This document shows, one piece after another, positions 1 to 7,794 of a DNA stretch of 32,000 bases. Source of the stretch: Thermoproteota archaeon. GTDB lineage: Archaea > Asgardarchaeota > Njordarchaeia > Njordarchaeales > Panguiarchaeaceae. The DNA is taken from positions 314,811-346,810 of the forward strand of contig JANJXX010000001.1 of NCBI GenBank assembly GCA_024720975.1, read 5' to 3'. Below the pieces are notes generated by a model, which saw nothing but the letters and a program-made list of their open reading frames with translations, ran no database searches and was not told the origin of the DNA. The translations under genes and the position numbers were made by a program. Position 1 is the stretch's first letter, and every line of letters starts with the position of its first letter.

Positions 1-586
1 GGTTATATTCTGGTAGAAACTGATCAACAAGCTCTTGATCATGAATTTGAACTGGTTCGGAAGTGTGCGATAGAACGAAACCTTCTAGGGAGACCATAAC
101 CGGCAGCAGCACGTGCTTATTCTCAGCAATTTTGTATGCTTGTATTATCGAATCGAGAACCTCCTGATTGTTAGAGGCCCATATTTGAATCCAACCTAAA
201 TCTCGCGCTGATAAAGCATCCATCCAGTCAGCCCATATGTTCCAGGGGGGACCAATAAACCGGTTAACGACGCCCATCACCACTGGTAAGCGCGCACCTG
301 CGACCCATGCTATCATTTCATACATATATGCAAAACCGTGCGATGAGGTCGCTGTAAAAGTTCTTGCACCAGCGGCAGAAGCTCCTGCAACTGCTGCCAT
401 GGCACTATGTTCGCTTTCAACACGAATAAACTCAGCGTTAAATTCACCTTTCTCTATCCATTCACTCAATTTTTCTACAATCTGCGTCTGGGGTGTTATG
501 GGATAGGCGGCTATAACCTCAACACGGGACAACCTTGCACCCCAAGCTGCAGCTTCATTTCCTGTCAATGCTATTGTCCTTGGCAC
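1..586 (-). CDS. porA: Pyruvate:ferredoxin (2-oxoacid) oxidoreductase alpha subunit, 3'-truncated by the window edge
   Basis: Minus-strand frame reads (GTG)VPRTIALTGNEAAAWGARLSRVEVIAAYPITPQTQ... and ends ...PVQIHDQELVDQFLPEYN at the edge; the AYPITPQT motif is typical of POR alpha. Not in the ORF track because it is open-ended. An alternative in-frame ATG lies at 637. Confidence 0.9.
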   Translation of the reverse strand, partial: MPRTIALTGNEAAAWGARLSRVEVIAAYPITPQTQIVEKLSEWIEKGEFNAEFIRVESEHSAMAAVAGASAAGARTFTATSSHGFAYMYEMIAWVAGARLPVVMGVVNRFIGPPWNIWADWMDALSARDLGWIQIWASNNQEVLDSIIQAYKIAENKHVLLPVMVSLEGFVLSHTSEPVQIHDQELVDQFLPEYN

Positions 587-727
587 ATTAGAACACCAAT
601 AAACTTCGGAGAATCTAAAGTTATAACTGTTTATCATATACTTACAGACGCCTGCATAAATTTGTGGGGCTAATGTTAGATAATTACCAGACTTTTAATG
701 AGGTTTTGACTTTACTCTCATTTACTG

Positions 728-1312
728 GTGAACATGATGCTAATCGAAGTAACTTGGTTGGGTAGGGGCGGACAAGGAGTCGCCCTAGCATCACGCTTAA
801 TTGTTGAAGCACTAAACTTCGAGAATAAATACGCCCAATCAATGATATTCTTTGGTGCTGAGCGTCGCGGTGCTCCTGTTCGTGCGTATAGTAGAATTTC
901 GGATACCACAATCAGGTACCACCATTTCGTTCGTAGGCCTGATGTGTTTGTCGTTTTCTCCAGAGAGCTACTGTCAATTGAAAGGGTTTTCGATGAAATT
1001 AAGGATGGCGGCACACTCATAGTTAATACTCCAGATCTTGACGCTATTAGGAGCTATATTCCCAGCGATAAAAGAATTAAAATCGGCGGTGTTGATGCCA
1101 ACAGGATTTCTATAGACCTAAATTTAAAAGTTGCGGGTCTTGTAGTTCCAAACACTGTGATGCTTGGTGCATTCTCAAAAATCATTGGACTGCCATCCTT
1201 GGAGTCTCTAATTAAGGCTATAAAACATGCTTGGGCTGATAATCCTAAACTCGCTGATATTAATTCAGAAGCCGCAAGGAGAGGATTTGAAAACGCACAA
1301 ATGTTTACTTAA
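728..1312 (+). CDS. porG: Pyruvate:ferredoxin oxidoreductase gamma subunit
   Basis: VTWLGRGGQGVALASRLIVEAL...FFGAERRGAPVRAYSRIS is a typical gamma-subunit N-terminus. The start may be the ATG at 734 or 737. Confidence 0.9.
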   Translation: MNMMLIEVTWLGRGGQGVALASRLIVEALNFENKYAQSMIFFGAERRGAPVRAYSRISDTTIRYHHFVRRPDVFVVFSRELLSIERVFDEIKDGGTLIVNTPDLDAIRSYIPSDKRIKIGGVDANRISIDLNLKVAGLVVPNTVMLGAFSKIIGLPSLESLIKAIKHAWADNPKLADINSEAARRGFENAQMFT

Positions 1313-1380
1313 ATGCAAAATGTAAATAAGTAAGACTACTTAACACCCTAAGTTTAAAAGATTAATTTCTGAGGCTTTCT

Positions 1381-1713
1381 ATGGGATCCTGTATGAGTGA
1401 GCTAGAAGAGAAAATAATAATCCCAGACGAAGAACTCGATATAATGAAAGCACGAGACAAAATCTTGCTACCCATATCAAAACCGAAAGAAGGTGTCGCC
1501 GGAAAAACAGGGTCATGGAGAGTTTTTAAACCTATTTTCCACGCAGATAAATGTATTAAGTGTTATCAGTGCTACCTCTCATGTCCTGATTCCGCTATCA
1601 TTGTGAGCAATTTTAATGAGTTGCCCAAGTGGAACTACGACTTCTGTAAGGGCTGTGGAATCTGCGCAAATGTCTGTCCTCGAAAAGCTATTGAAATGCG
1701 TGAAGAAGGCTGA
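1381..1713 (+). CDS. porD: Pyruvate:ferredoxin oxidoreductase delta subunit (2x[4Fe-4S] ferredoxin)
   Basis: Two CxxCxxCxxxCP clusters (CIKCYQCYLSCPD, CKGCGICANVCPR) and position after porG. Confidence 0.9.
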   Translation: MGSCMSELEEKIIIPDEELDIMKARDKILLPISKPKEGVAGKTGSWRVFKPIFHADKCIKCYQCYLSCPDSAIIVSNFNELPKWNYDFCKGCGICANVCPRKAIEMREEG

Positions 1714-1790
1714 AAGATCAAGTATGCCTAGATTCACTCCAACTTAAAAGAATAGTTGCTAACACTGCTTTAAAGTACATTCGAGACGGC

Positions 1791-2393
1791 ATGATACTGG
1801 GTATTGGGTCCGGATCGACTGTTCGAGAATTCATTGATCTGCTCTCTAAGTTGAGCCTTCAAGTAAAGTGTATACCAACTTCCTATGACACAGAACTGGC
1901 TCTGCGGAGTAGGGGCCTTAATACCATATCCTTGTTAGATGCACATAAAATAGATCTTGCAATTGACGGTGCCGATTCCGTTTTCTTAGATAAGCGTGTC
2001 ATAATCAAAGGACATGGGGGTGCATTTCTACGCGAAAAAATTGTAGACTATCTTGCCGACGAGTTCATCGTAATAATAACTGAAGAAAAGCTTGAACGCG
2101 TAGTTCCAGTTCCTGTGGAAGTACTTCCATTTGCATATTCTAAATTCATGTTGAATGAGTTATCAAAATATGGAAATCCTCAACTAAGAAGCGCAAGAGA
2201 CAAACTTGGACCAGTAGTGACCGACAACGGAAACTGGATCATTGATATAGATATCCAACCAAACCTTATCTCTAGGAGTCTTGAAATTGAATTAAAAAGC
2301 ATCCCTGGAGTGATAGAAAGCGGCGTCTTCGTGCGAGATGCACGAATCTTAGTTGCGCGAAAGGATGGTAAAGTTGAGGAAAAGACGATCTAG
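1791..2393 (+). CDS. rpiA: Ribose-5-phosphate isomerase A
   Basis: GIGSGSTVREFI, IDGADSVFLDKRVIIKGHGGAFLREKI, VEVLPFA. The homologous N-terminus (KRIVANTALKYIRDG) continues upstream of the called ATG. Confidence 0.88.
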   Translation: MILGIGSGSTVREFIDLLSKLSLQVKCIPTSYDTELALRSRGLNTISLLDAHKIDLAIDGADSVFLDKRVIIKGHGGAFLREKIVDYLADEFIVIITEEKLERVVPVPVEVLPFAYSKFMLNELSKYGNPQLRSARDKLGPVVTDNGNWIIDIDIQPNLISRSLEIELKSIPGVIESGVFVRDARILVARKDGKVEEKTI

Positions 2394-2694
2394 AAGGAAT
2401 GCATTAAAATTGCGGAGACTACTAGCTAAAAACCATATAGACTGCCTTATGAAACAAGCAATGATGCTAGCAAGTCAAGGCCATAATGAACTCGCCGAAA
2501 GATCTGCTAAAATAGCAAGAAAGATCAGTAAGTGGTTAGGCTTTGGAATACGTAGGTGGCGGTACTTTTTTTGCAAACACTGTAAAAGTTTTATTTTTCC
2601 AGACATGAGGGTACGAGTAAGAAACAATAGATTTACTCATATTGTAATTCTCTGCAAAAAATGTGGGAACTATAACAGAATAAGAGTTAAGTAA
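2353..2694 (+). CDS. rnp4: RNase P protein component 4 (Rpp21/Rpr2 family)
   Basis: Basic N-terminus plus CKHCKSFIFPDMRVRVRNNRFTHIVILCKKCG zinc ribbon. It overlaps the rpiA 3' end; an internal start at 2365 is possible. Confidence 0.8.
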   Translation: MRERMVKLRKRRSRRNALKLRRLLAKNHIDCLMKQAMMLASQGHNELAERSAKIARKISKWLGFGIRRWRYFFCKHCKSFIFPDMRVRVRNNRFTHIVILCKKCGNYNRIRVK

Positions 2695-2706
2695 GTCAAA
2701 CACACC

Positions 2707-3042
2707 TCAACCTAATATTTCTCGAATTACTTCCTGGGGTAAGTCATCATCAACAGTTCTGTTATATAACTTTTCTTGAATCTCCCTAGCATCTTGACTT
2801 ACTTTTGCTGCCATACCAAACATTTTTCCATTCACTCCATGTGCCAGACGAGAGACGAGAAATTTTGTCTTTACGTCGGCTTTAGCACCTATCCACATGT
2901 ATATTATCGAATCCTTATCTTCGACCAAGAGTGCGCAAACATCATCCTTCAACAGTTCATTGACGACTTTGCCTTTAGCAGATTCCACGTTTGAGCCTTT
3001 CATCAGTACTCCGCGAAGCATTTGTTTTTCACCCTTAAGCAT
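2707..3042 (-). CDS. Small conserved-looking protein of unknown function, possible gelsolin-like fold
   Basis: Complete 111-aa ORF convergent with rnp4; segment CALLVEDKDSIIYMWIGAKADVKTKFLVSRLA resembles a gelsolin-repeat beta-alpha core. Confidence 0.65.
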   Translation of the reverse strand: MLKGEKQMLRGVLMKGSNVESAKGKVVNELLKDDVCALLVEDKDSIIYMWIGAKADVKTKFLVSRLAHGVNGKMFGMAAKVSQDAREIQEKLYNRTVDDDLPQEVIREILG

Positions 3043-3222
3043 ACAAGATAGTCATTCTAAATTGTATTAAAAAAGATGAACCTTTACTGCACTACAATAC
3101 ACATCCTTAACTACGCGAATACGAAGGAACTAGATAGAACTGGTATCTTAATCCACTAGTGCTAGTAGCCAATATTTTGATATTTCTAGTATCCAGTACT
3201 TGATTCAATGTATGCCTTCCAT

Positions 3223-3262
3223 GAAAGCTAAGAGCTTTAATTCCAGAATTTCTTTAGCTTTC
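3223..3262 (+). promoter_or_regulatory. Inverted repeat (potential leader hairpin) upstream of the FBP aldolase/phosphatase gene
   Basis: GAAAGCTAA (3223-3231) is exactly complementary to TTAGCTTTC (3254-3262). AGCTTT (3233-3238) can compete for the same left arm. Confidence 0.4.
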
Positions 3263-3288
3263 AACATGAAAAACCTCGGTGATGAAGA

Positions 3289-4389
3289 ATGAAAATAACT
3301 GTAAGTGTTATCAAAGCTGATATCGGAAGTATCGCTGGTCATGTAAGAGTGCACCAAGACACCATAGAGGTAGCTAAGAAAAAACTCGAGACGGCCAAGG
3401 AAGAAGGCCTTGTAATAGATTATTATGTATTCAATGCCGGGGATGACCTAGAGCTTTTAATTACACATACCAAAGGAGTAGATAACCCAGAAATTCACGA
3501 GCTTTCATGGGAGATATTTAAGGAATCCGCAAAAAAAGCTAAGGAATTGAAGCTATATGCCGCTGGACAAGATCTATTAAAGGAATCATTTAGCGGCAAC
3601 ATAAAGGGCATGGGACCTGGAGTTGCTGAGATTGAATTTGAAGAGAGACCCGCAGAGCCTTTTGCGGTATTTGCTGCTGATAAGACAGAGCCAGGAGCCT
3701 TTAATCTACCAGTATTTAGAATATTTGCGGATCCGTTTAATACGGCAGGACTGATTATAGACCCAAAGATGCACGCAGGATTCAAATTTATAATAATGGA
3801 CGTCATAGAAGGAAAAGAAATAGAACTCCAAACTCCTGAAGATCTATACGATATTTTAGCTCTTATAGGGCATACTGGTCGGTACATAATAAAATTCGTC
3901 TACTCAAAAGATCCTACGATAGGAGTAGCTGCTGCCGTATCAACTCAGAGATTATCGCTGATTGCTGGACGTTACATTGGAAAAGATGACCCCGTCTGTA
4001 TTATAAGAGCACAACATGGGTTACCTGCCATGGGTGAGATTCTCGAAGCGTTCTCGCAAGCGCATCTTGTTAAAGGATGGATGCGTGGGTCCCATCATGG
4101 TCCTCTAATGCCAGTGCCGCTTAAGTATTCGCAGTGCACGCGATTTGATGGCCCGCCAAGAGTTGTTGGACTCGGATTTAATCTTTGCGAAGGAAAACTT
4201 ATTGGACCTATAGACCTGTTTGACGATCCGGCATTTGATTTAGTACGACAAAAGGCAATGCTAATAACCGACTACATTAGGAGCATGGGCCCGTTTGAGC
4301 CTCATATGTTAGGTCCTGAGGAACTTGAATACACTACGCTACCAGAGGTTCTTAAGAGGCTTAAGAATCGTTGGCGGGAGAGTACATAA
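3289..4389 (+). CDS. fbp: Bifunctional fructose-1,6-bisphosphate aldolase/phosphatase (archaeal type V)
   Basis: KITVSVIKADIGSIAGH, YYVFNAGDDLELLITH, GEILEAFSQAHLVKGWMRGSHHGPLMPV, TRFDGPPRVVGLGFNL are family-typical. Confidence 0.95.
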   Translation: MKITVSVIKADIGSIAGHVRVHQDTIEVAKKKLETAKEEGLVIDYYVFNAGDDLELLITHTKGVDNPEIHELSWEIFKESAKKAKELKLYAAGQDLLKESFSGNIKGMGPGVAEIEFEERPAEPFAVFAADKTEPGAFNLPVFRIFADPFNTAGLIIDPKMHAGFKFIIMDVIEGKEIELQTPEDLYDILALIGHTGRYIIKFVYSKDPTIGVAAAVSTQRLSLIAGRYIGKDDPVCIIRAQHGLPAMGEILEAFSQAHLVKGWMRGSHHGPLMPVPLKYSQCTRFDGPPRVVGLGFNLCEGKLIGPIDLFDDPAFDLVRQKAMLITDYIRSMGPFEPHMLGPEELEYTTLPEVLKRLKNRWREST

Positions 4390-4486
4390 TCTAGCTACGT
4401 AATTAACTCAAACTTAAAAAGATGTACTGTCTAAATCTTTCTTTATAATTGTAGCAATTAATTACAAAATTTTTGATAAAGTGAGT

Positions 4487-4595
4487 GCCGCCGTGGCGTA
4501 GGGGTTTGCGCGCCGGACTCATAATCAGCCTGTCATGGGACGTAAGAGCCGAACCCAACATCCGGAGGTCGCGGGTTCGAGTCCCGCCGGCGGCA
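4487..4595 (+). tRNA. tRNA-Met (elongator, anticodon CAT at 4520-4522) with a ~36-nt intron (about 4524-4559, boundaries ambiguous)
   Basis: Acceptor GCCGCCG/CGGCGGC, D stem GCGT/GCGC, anticodon arm CCGGA-CTCATAA-TCCGG after intron removal, T arm GCGGG-TTCGAGT-CCCGC. Confidence 0.88.
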
Positions 4596-4848
4596 CTCAA
4601 TTAAAACTCTCAGGCTCTACTCCGCATAGCGACTTTAATTTTCGGCAGAGATTATAACGATTATTACATTAGACTAAACTTCAAGAAGTGTTCTTGATAA
4701 AGACGCGCAAAACACCCCGAAATAATTAGTATCAAATACACCTTCGCATTCACAAATCTTGAGGAAGGAAAGTACTGCACTAGTTATAAAGTCCACACAG
4801 TTCAATTGCTGTGCTGATATGCCAATCAAGATGAAGAAATTAGGAAAG

Positions 4849-4999
4849 TCGGCCCGGGGGGATTTGAACCCCCGACCTACCGGTGTCTGCAAGATTTACA
4901 ATACTACATAACATGTACGAGCGGCTACTGAGTACCCTCCGGGAGTTAGCTCACCGGAGGGCTACAGCCGGCCGCTCTAGTCCGCTGAGCTACGGGCCG
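4849..4999 (-). tRNA. tRNA-Tyr (anticodon GTA) with a 77-nt intron (4885-4961) at position 37/38
   Basis: Acceptor CGGCCCG/CGGGCCG with the archaeal Tyr C1-G72 pair, D arm GCTC-AGCGGACTA-GAGC, anticodon arm GCCGG-CTGTAGA-CCGGT after splicing, T arm GGGGG-TTCAAAT-CCCCC. BHB central helix CTGT/GCAG present. Confidence 0.93.
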
Positions 5000-5015
5000 T
5001 GTGAACTCCTAGTAG

Positions 5016-5109
5016 TGGGGGCGAGGGGATTTGAACCCCCGATCTACCGGTCGCTCCTATTTTTCAGCAACTGGAGCCGGCCGCGTTCACCTGGCTACGC
5101 CACGCCCCC
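5016..5109 (-). tRNA. tRNA-Trp (anticodon CCA) with a 19-nt intron (5052-5070) at position 37/38
   Basis: Acceptor GGGGGCG/CGCCCCC, D stem GCGT/ACGC, anticodon arm GCCGG-CTCCAGA-CCGGT after splicing, T arm GGGGG-TTCAAAT-CCCCT. BHB central helix CTCC/GGAG present. Confidence 0.93.
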
Positions 5110-5376
5110 TTCGACTTTAATTGAAGGACACATCAATGCTATAATATTTCTATACACTACATCCTTTAAAAAGTTAAGATTCGCTATTTCGATTTTCTGA
5201 CTGTTGCTTGTTACTACAATCGATCGATTATACAAGCAAAGCTAAAGAGGGTATGCTGCACGGACTCGTATTAAAAGCAGGGTTTTAAATTCCTTATTAT
5301 TGCCACATTAATAAATGTCTAAAAGTAAATATCTACATTTCTGCATGCTAATAGCTCGTTTTTACATTTACGGTTT

Positions 5377-6060
5377 GTGATCATAATGGCAGAAGTTAGC
5401 CTTACTACATTAGCTAAAGAGGCAATAGAACTAAAGAAGAAAATTGATGAACTTGCGCAAAAAGTAAACGACTTAGATATTTTTATGCGAGAAGTTGTTA
5501 TGGTTCTAATCGACGTAATAAACACTACACACGCTACCATCGATGAACTCGAAAAAAGAACTGATAATATAGAGCAAGTTCTGCTTGGTAAAAAACCCTT
5601 GGAGGCTCTAAAACTGGAAGCCCGCGAGATTGAGAGCGCTAAGGCACCAGAGACTCCTATAGAAATACCAACTGGGGGACCAAGACCACCATCAACTCCA
5701 CCTCCAATAGAACCGATAGAGAAAGTACACACTCCAGAAAGTACGCCTACTACGCAGGGCACTATGATTGAATATAAGCAACCGTCCCTTCCTACGCCTC
5801 AGAGCCAGTTAACACCAAGGGAGGCCATCCCACAAGCACAACAGATACAGAGCCCGCAAGAACTACCTAAACCACCAATAACACAGCCCATGACTCAACC
5901 AACCCAGATGCCTTCACAGCAAGCTGGCATTCAAACTAGTCAGCAGACTACTCCCGCCCCAACCCCTGCTCCAAGCCCAGTCCCTCCGGGTCTTCACGGA
6001 CGCTTAGAAGTTATATTCCAGCTTAAGGAAGCCTTAGCTAAGAGGAAGAAACAGACTTGA
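5377..6060 (+). CDS. Coiled-coil protein with a long Pro/Gln/Thr-rich linker and short C-terminal helix, unknown function
   Basis: N-terminal heptad-like region (KEAIELKKKIDELAQKVNDLDIF...), ~110-aa P/Q/T-rich stretch, then GLHGRLEVIFQLKEALAKRKKQ. Likely start at the ATG at 5386. Confidence 0.75.
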   Translation: MIIMAEVSLTTLAKEAIELKKKIDELAQKVNDLDIFMREVVMVLIDVINTTHATIDELEKRTDNIEQVLLGKKPLEALKLEAREIESAKAPETPIEIPTGGPRPPSTPPPIEPIEKVHTPESTPTTQGTMIEYKQPSLPTPQSQLTPREAIPQAQQIQSPQELPKPPITQPMTQPTQMPSQQAGIQTSQQTTPAPTPAPSPVPPGLHGRLEVIFQLKEALAKRKKQT

Positions 6061-6088
6061 CTTTTGCTACATTTAAACAAACTACCAG

Positions 6089-6613
6089 TTGATAGGATTG
6101 GTTAGGGAGATCTCACTTCTGGGAGCAGTGATTGACGATACTATTGCAAGAGAGATTTATGAGTACATTAGCCGCACTATTAGCAAATTTCAAACAAACT
6201 TTCATGAAGTTTATGCGAAAGCTGTAAGTTATGTCATAACTGGTAAGGTTAGCCTACTAAATTGTCATACAACAAAAAAAGCGCTGATACAACTGCTGTT
6301 TATGGTTGGTGACAATGACAGAATTACGCTAATATCCTTTAACAGGTTCCAAAAATTTGCTCCGATTTATGCTTCGGCCTATTGTTCATGTCCAGACTTT
6401 GTTTTTAATGTAAAAAAAGACCACGGAAGACCCTTTTGTGCTCACATTATTGCCGGGTTTCTATGCCTGAAGAGTGCACTAGGTAGCATTCTTGAAACTT
6501 CAGATTTATCATATAGATGTGCGCTTGATAGACACAATCTAAGTGCCATTGAGGCAGTTCACATATGTGTTGATAGGTTGCTTAGTGAAAAACACCATGA
6601 AAAAGAAGACTAA
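6089..6613 (+). CDS. SWIM zinc-finger domain protein
   Basis: YCSCPDFVFNVKKDHGRPFCAHIIAG fits CxC-Xn-CxH (SWIM). Confidence 0.75.
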   Translation: MIGLVREISLLGAVIDDTIAREIYEYISRTISKFQTNFHEVYAKAVSYVITGKVSLLNCHTTKKALIQLLFMVGDNDRITLISFNRFQKFAPIYASAYCSCPDFVFNVKKDHGRPFCAHIIAGFLCLKSALGSILETSDLSYRCALDRHNLSAIEAVHICVDRLLSEKHHEKED

Positions 6614-7040
6614 AACTAAAATCCTCGTCGCGGGCACATTCGACATAATCCACTCTGGTCATATAAAGTTCTTATATGCTGCCAAGAGTCTTGCCAATGA
6701 CTCGGAACTAATCGTCGTGGTTGCACGCGACAGAAACGTCAAACGCATAAAGGGTCATGAACCCATATTTGGCGAAACCGAAAGACTTGAGATAGTCAGC
6801 GCACTTAAACCCGTGGATAAGGCAATTCTAGGGCTCGATTCAGATAATATTTTCGAAATCCTTAAGGTTATTAAACCTGACATAGTAGCGCTAGGATACG
6901 ACCAAAAAATATCCGAAAGTGAGTTAATTACCTGGGCAGAGAGGCAGGGACTTAAACTCAAAATTGTCAGATTACCTAAATTCAGTGCTGGTATAAGTTC
7001 ATCGTCAGAAGTCCGCCGCAAGTTAATGGAAAAAGATTGA
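6597..7040 (+). CDS. ribL: FAD synthetase / cytidylyltransferase family protein (RibL-like)
   Basis: ILVAGTFDIIHSGHIKFLYAAKSL (HxGH nucleotidylyltransferase), ALGYDQKISE. The ORF track starts at 6543 but the ATG at 6597 gives the natural N-terminus. Confidence 0.8.
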   Translation: MKKKTKTKILVAGTFDIIHSGHIKFLYAAKSLANDSELIVVVARDRNVKRIKGHEPIFGETERLEIVSALKPVDKAILGLDSDNIFEILKVIKPDIVALGYDQKISESELITWAERQGLKLKIVRLPKFSAGISSSSEVRRKLMEKD

Positions 7041-7232
7041 TACCATACATAATTTTGTTTTAATCTCAAATGTGAAGCCTTCTTGGTTATGACCCAGTCT
7101 TGGTTTAACGATAGCCAACAATCTGTGTTATTATTTATATTTTTATGTATATTGTAAGACTACCAATAGCAAGTCCTTATCAACCACGCGTCATGATAAC
7201 TATTTTTCCTTCGCCGCTATAAGAAAATATAA

Positions 7233-7793
7233 TTGGTGATCTCCATGACAGAAAGAAAGCAGTTTTCAACAGGACTTGTAATCGCTGCTGGTTATGCTAG
7301 CAAGTTAAGGCGCACACTGTTAGCACAAACTAGACACTTAGTGGATCCGAGGGATGCTATACGAATTTCAGCGCTGATAAATCAGCATCTGTTTAATCTC
7401 TTTCGCGAAAAAGGCGTTGATAAACAAGATGCTGTCCGGATACGATTCATATACACTATCAAAGACGGAAAAATAGATATCGACTGGAATTCTTTCACGA
7501 TTGAGCATTACAAGAAAGTACTAACTCTTGAGAAGATTCCACCTCCGGAGCACGGACTAGAGGAAGTTATCAAAAACGTTAGAGAGCTAGAGTGGGATGA
7601 AGATATTTTTAGGAACCTTAAAGTCGAAGGCGAGGAAGTACGAAACGAAGGACGAAAGTGGATTATTAAAGGAAAGAACTGGCTGGCAGAAGCCTATGAG
7701 AAAGAAAAAATAATAATAACCTACACAGGAACTATGGGAGAATTTGGAGATTGGCTGAGAAAAATCCTAGGCTGGAAAGAGGAGGGAGAGTAA
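7233..7793 (+). CDS. Conserved archaeal protein, DUF2258-like
   Basis: FSTGLVIAAGYASKLRRTLLAQTR...RISALINQHLFNLF...VRIRFIY pattern recalled from the archaeal DUF2258 family; good RBS (ggtgat) upstream. Confidence 0.65.
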   Translation: MVISMTERKQFSTGLVIAAGYASKLRRTLLAQTRHLVDPRDAIRISALINQHLFNLFREKGVDKQDAVRIRFIYTIKDGKIDIDWNSFTIEHYKKVLTLEKIPPPEHGLEEVIKNVRELEWDEDIFRNLKVEGEEVRNEGRKWIIKGKNWLAEAYEKEKIIITYTGTMGEFGDWLRKILGWKEEGE

Positions 7794-7794
7794 T

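Noticed and set aside
237-673. Plus-strand ORFs 237-506 and 407-673
   Set aside because: Antisense to the strongly supported porA frame on the minus strand.
3273-3320. Box C-like GTGATGA with a downstream CTGA near the fbp start, as a possible C/D sRNA
   Set aside because: No convincing terminal stem or C'/D' boxes, and it overlaps the fbp start codon region; likely chance.
3495-3887. Minus-strand 130-aa ORF inside fbp
   Set aside because: Shadow ORF fully inside a well-supported gene; Ser/Ile-rich composition without motifs.
4403-5200. ORFs 4403-4600 (GGTRTRDLR), 4674-4892 (TPVGRGFKSPRA) and 4883-5200 (GARGFEPPIYR)
   Set aside because: They overlap the three tRNA genes and carry the peptide strings typically produced by translating tRNA T-arm/anticodon sequences; spurious.
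5319-5762. Minus-strand 147-aa ORF (GGVDGGLGPPVGISIGVSG...)
   Set aside because: Antisense translation of the Pro-rich region of the 5377-6060 gene.
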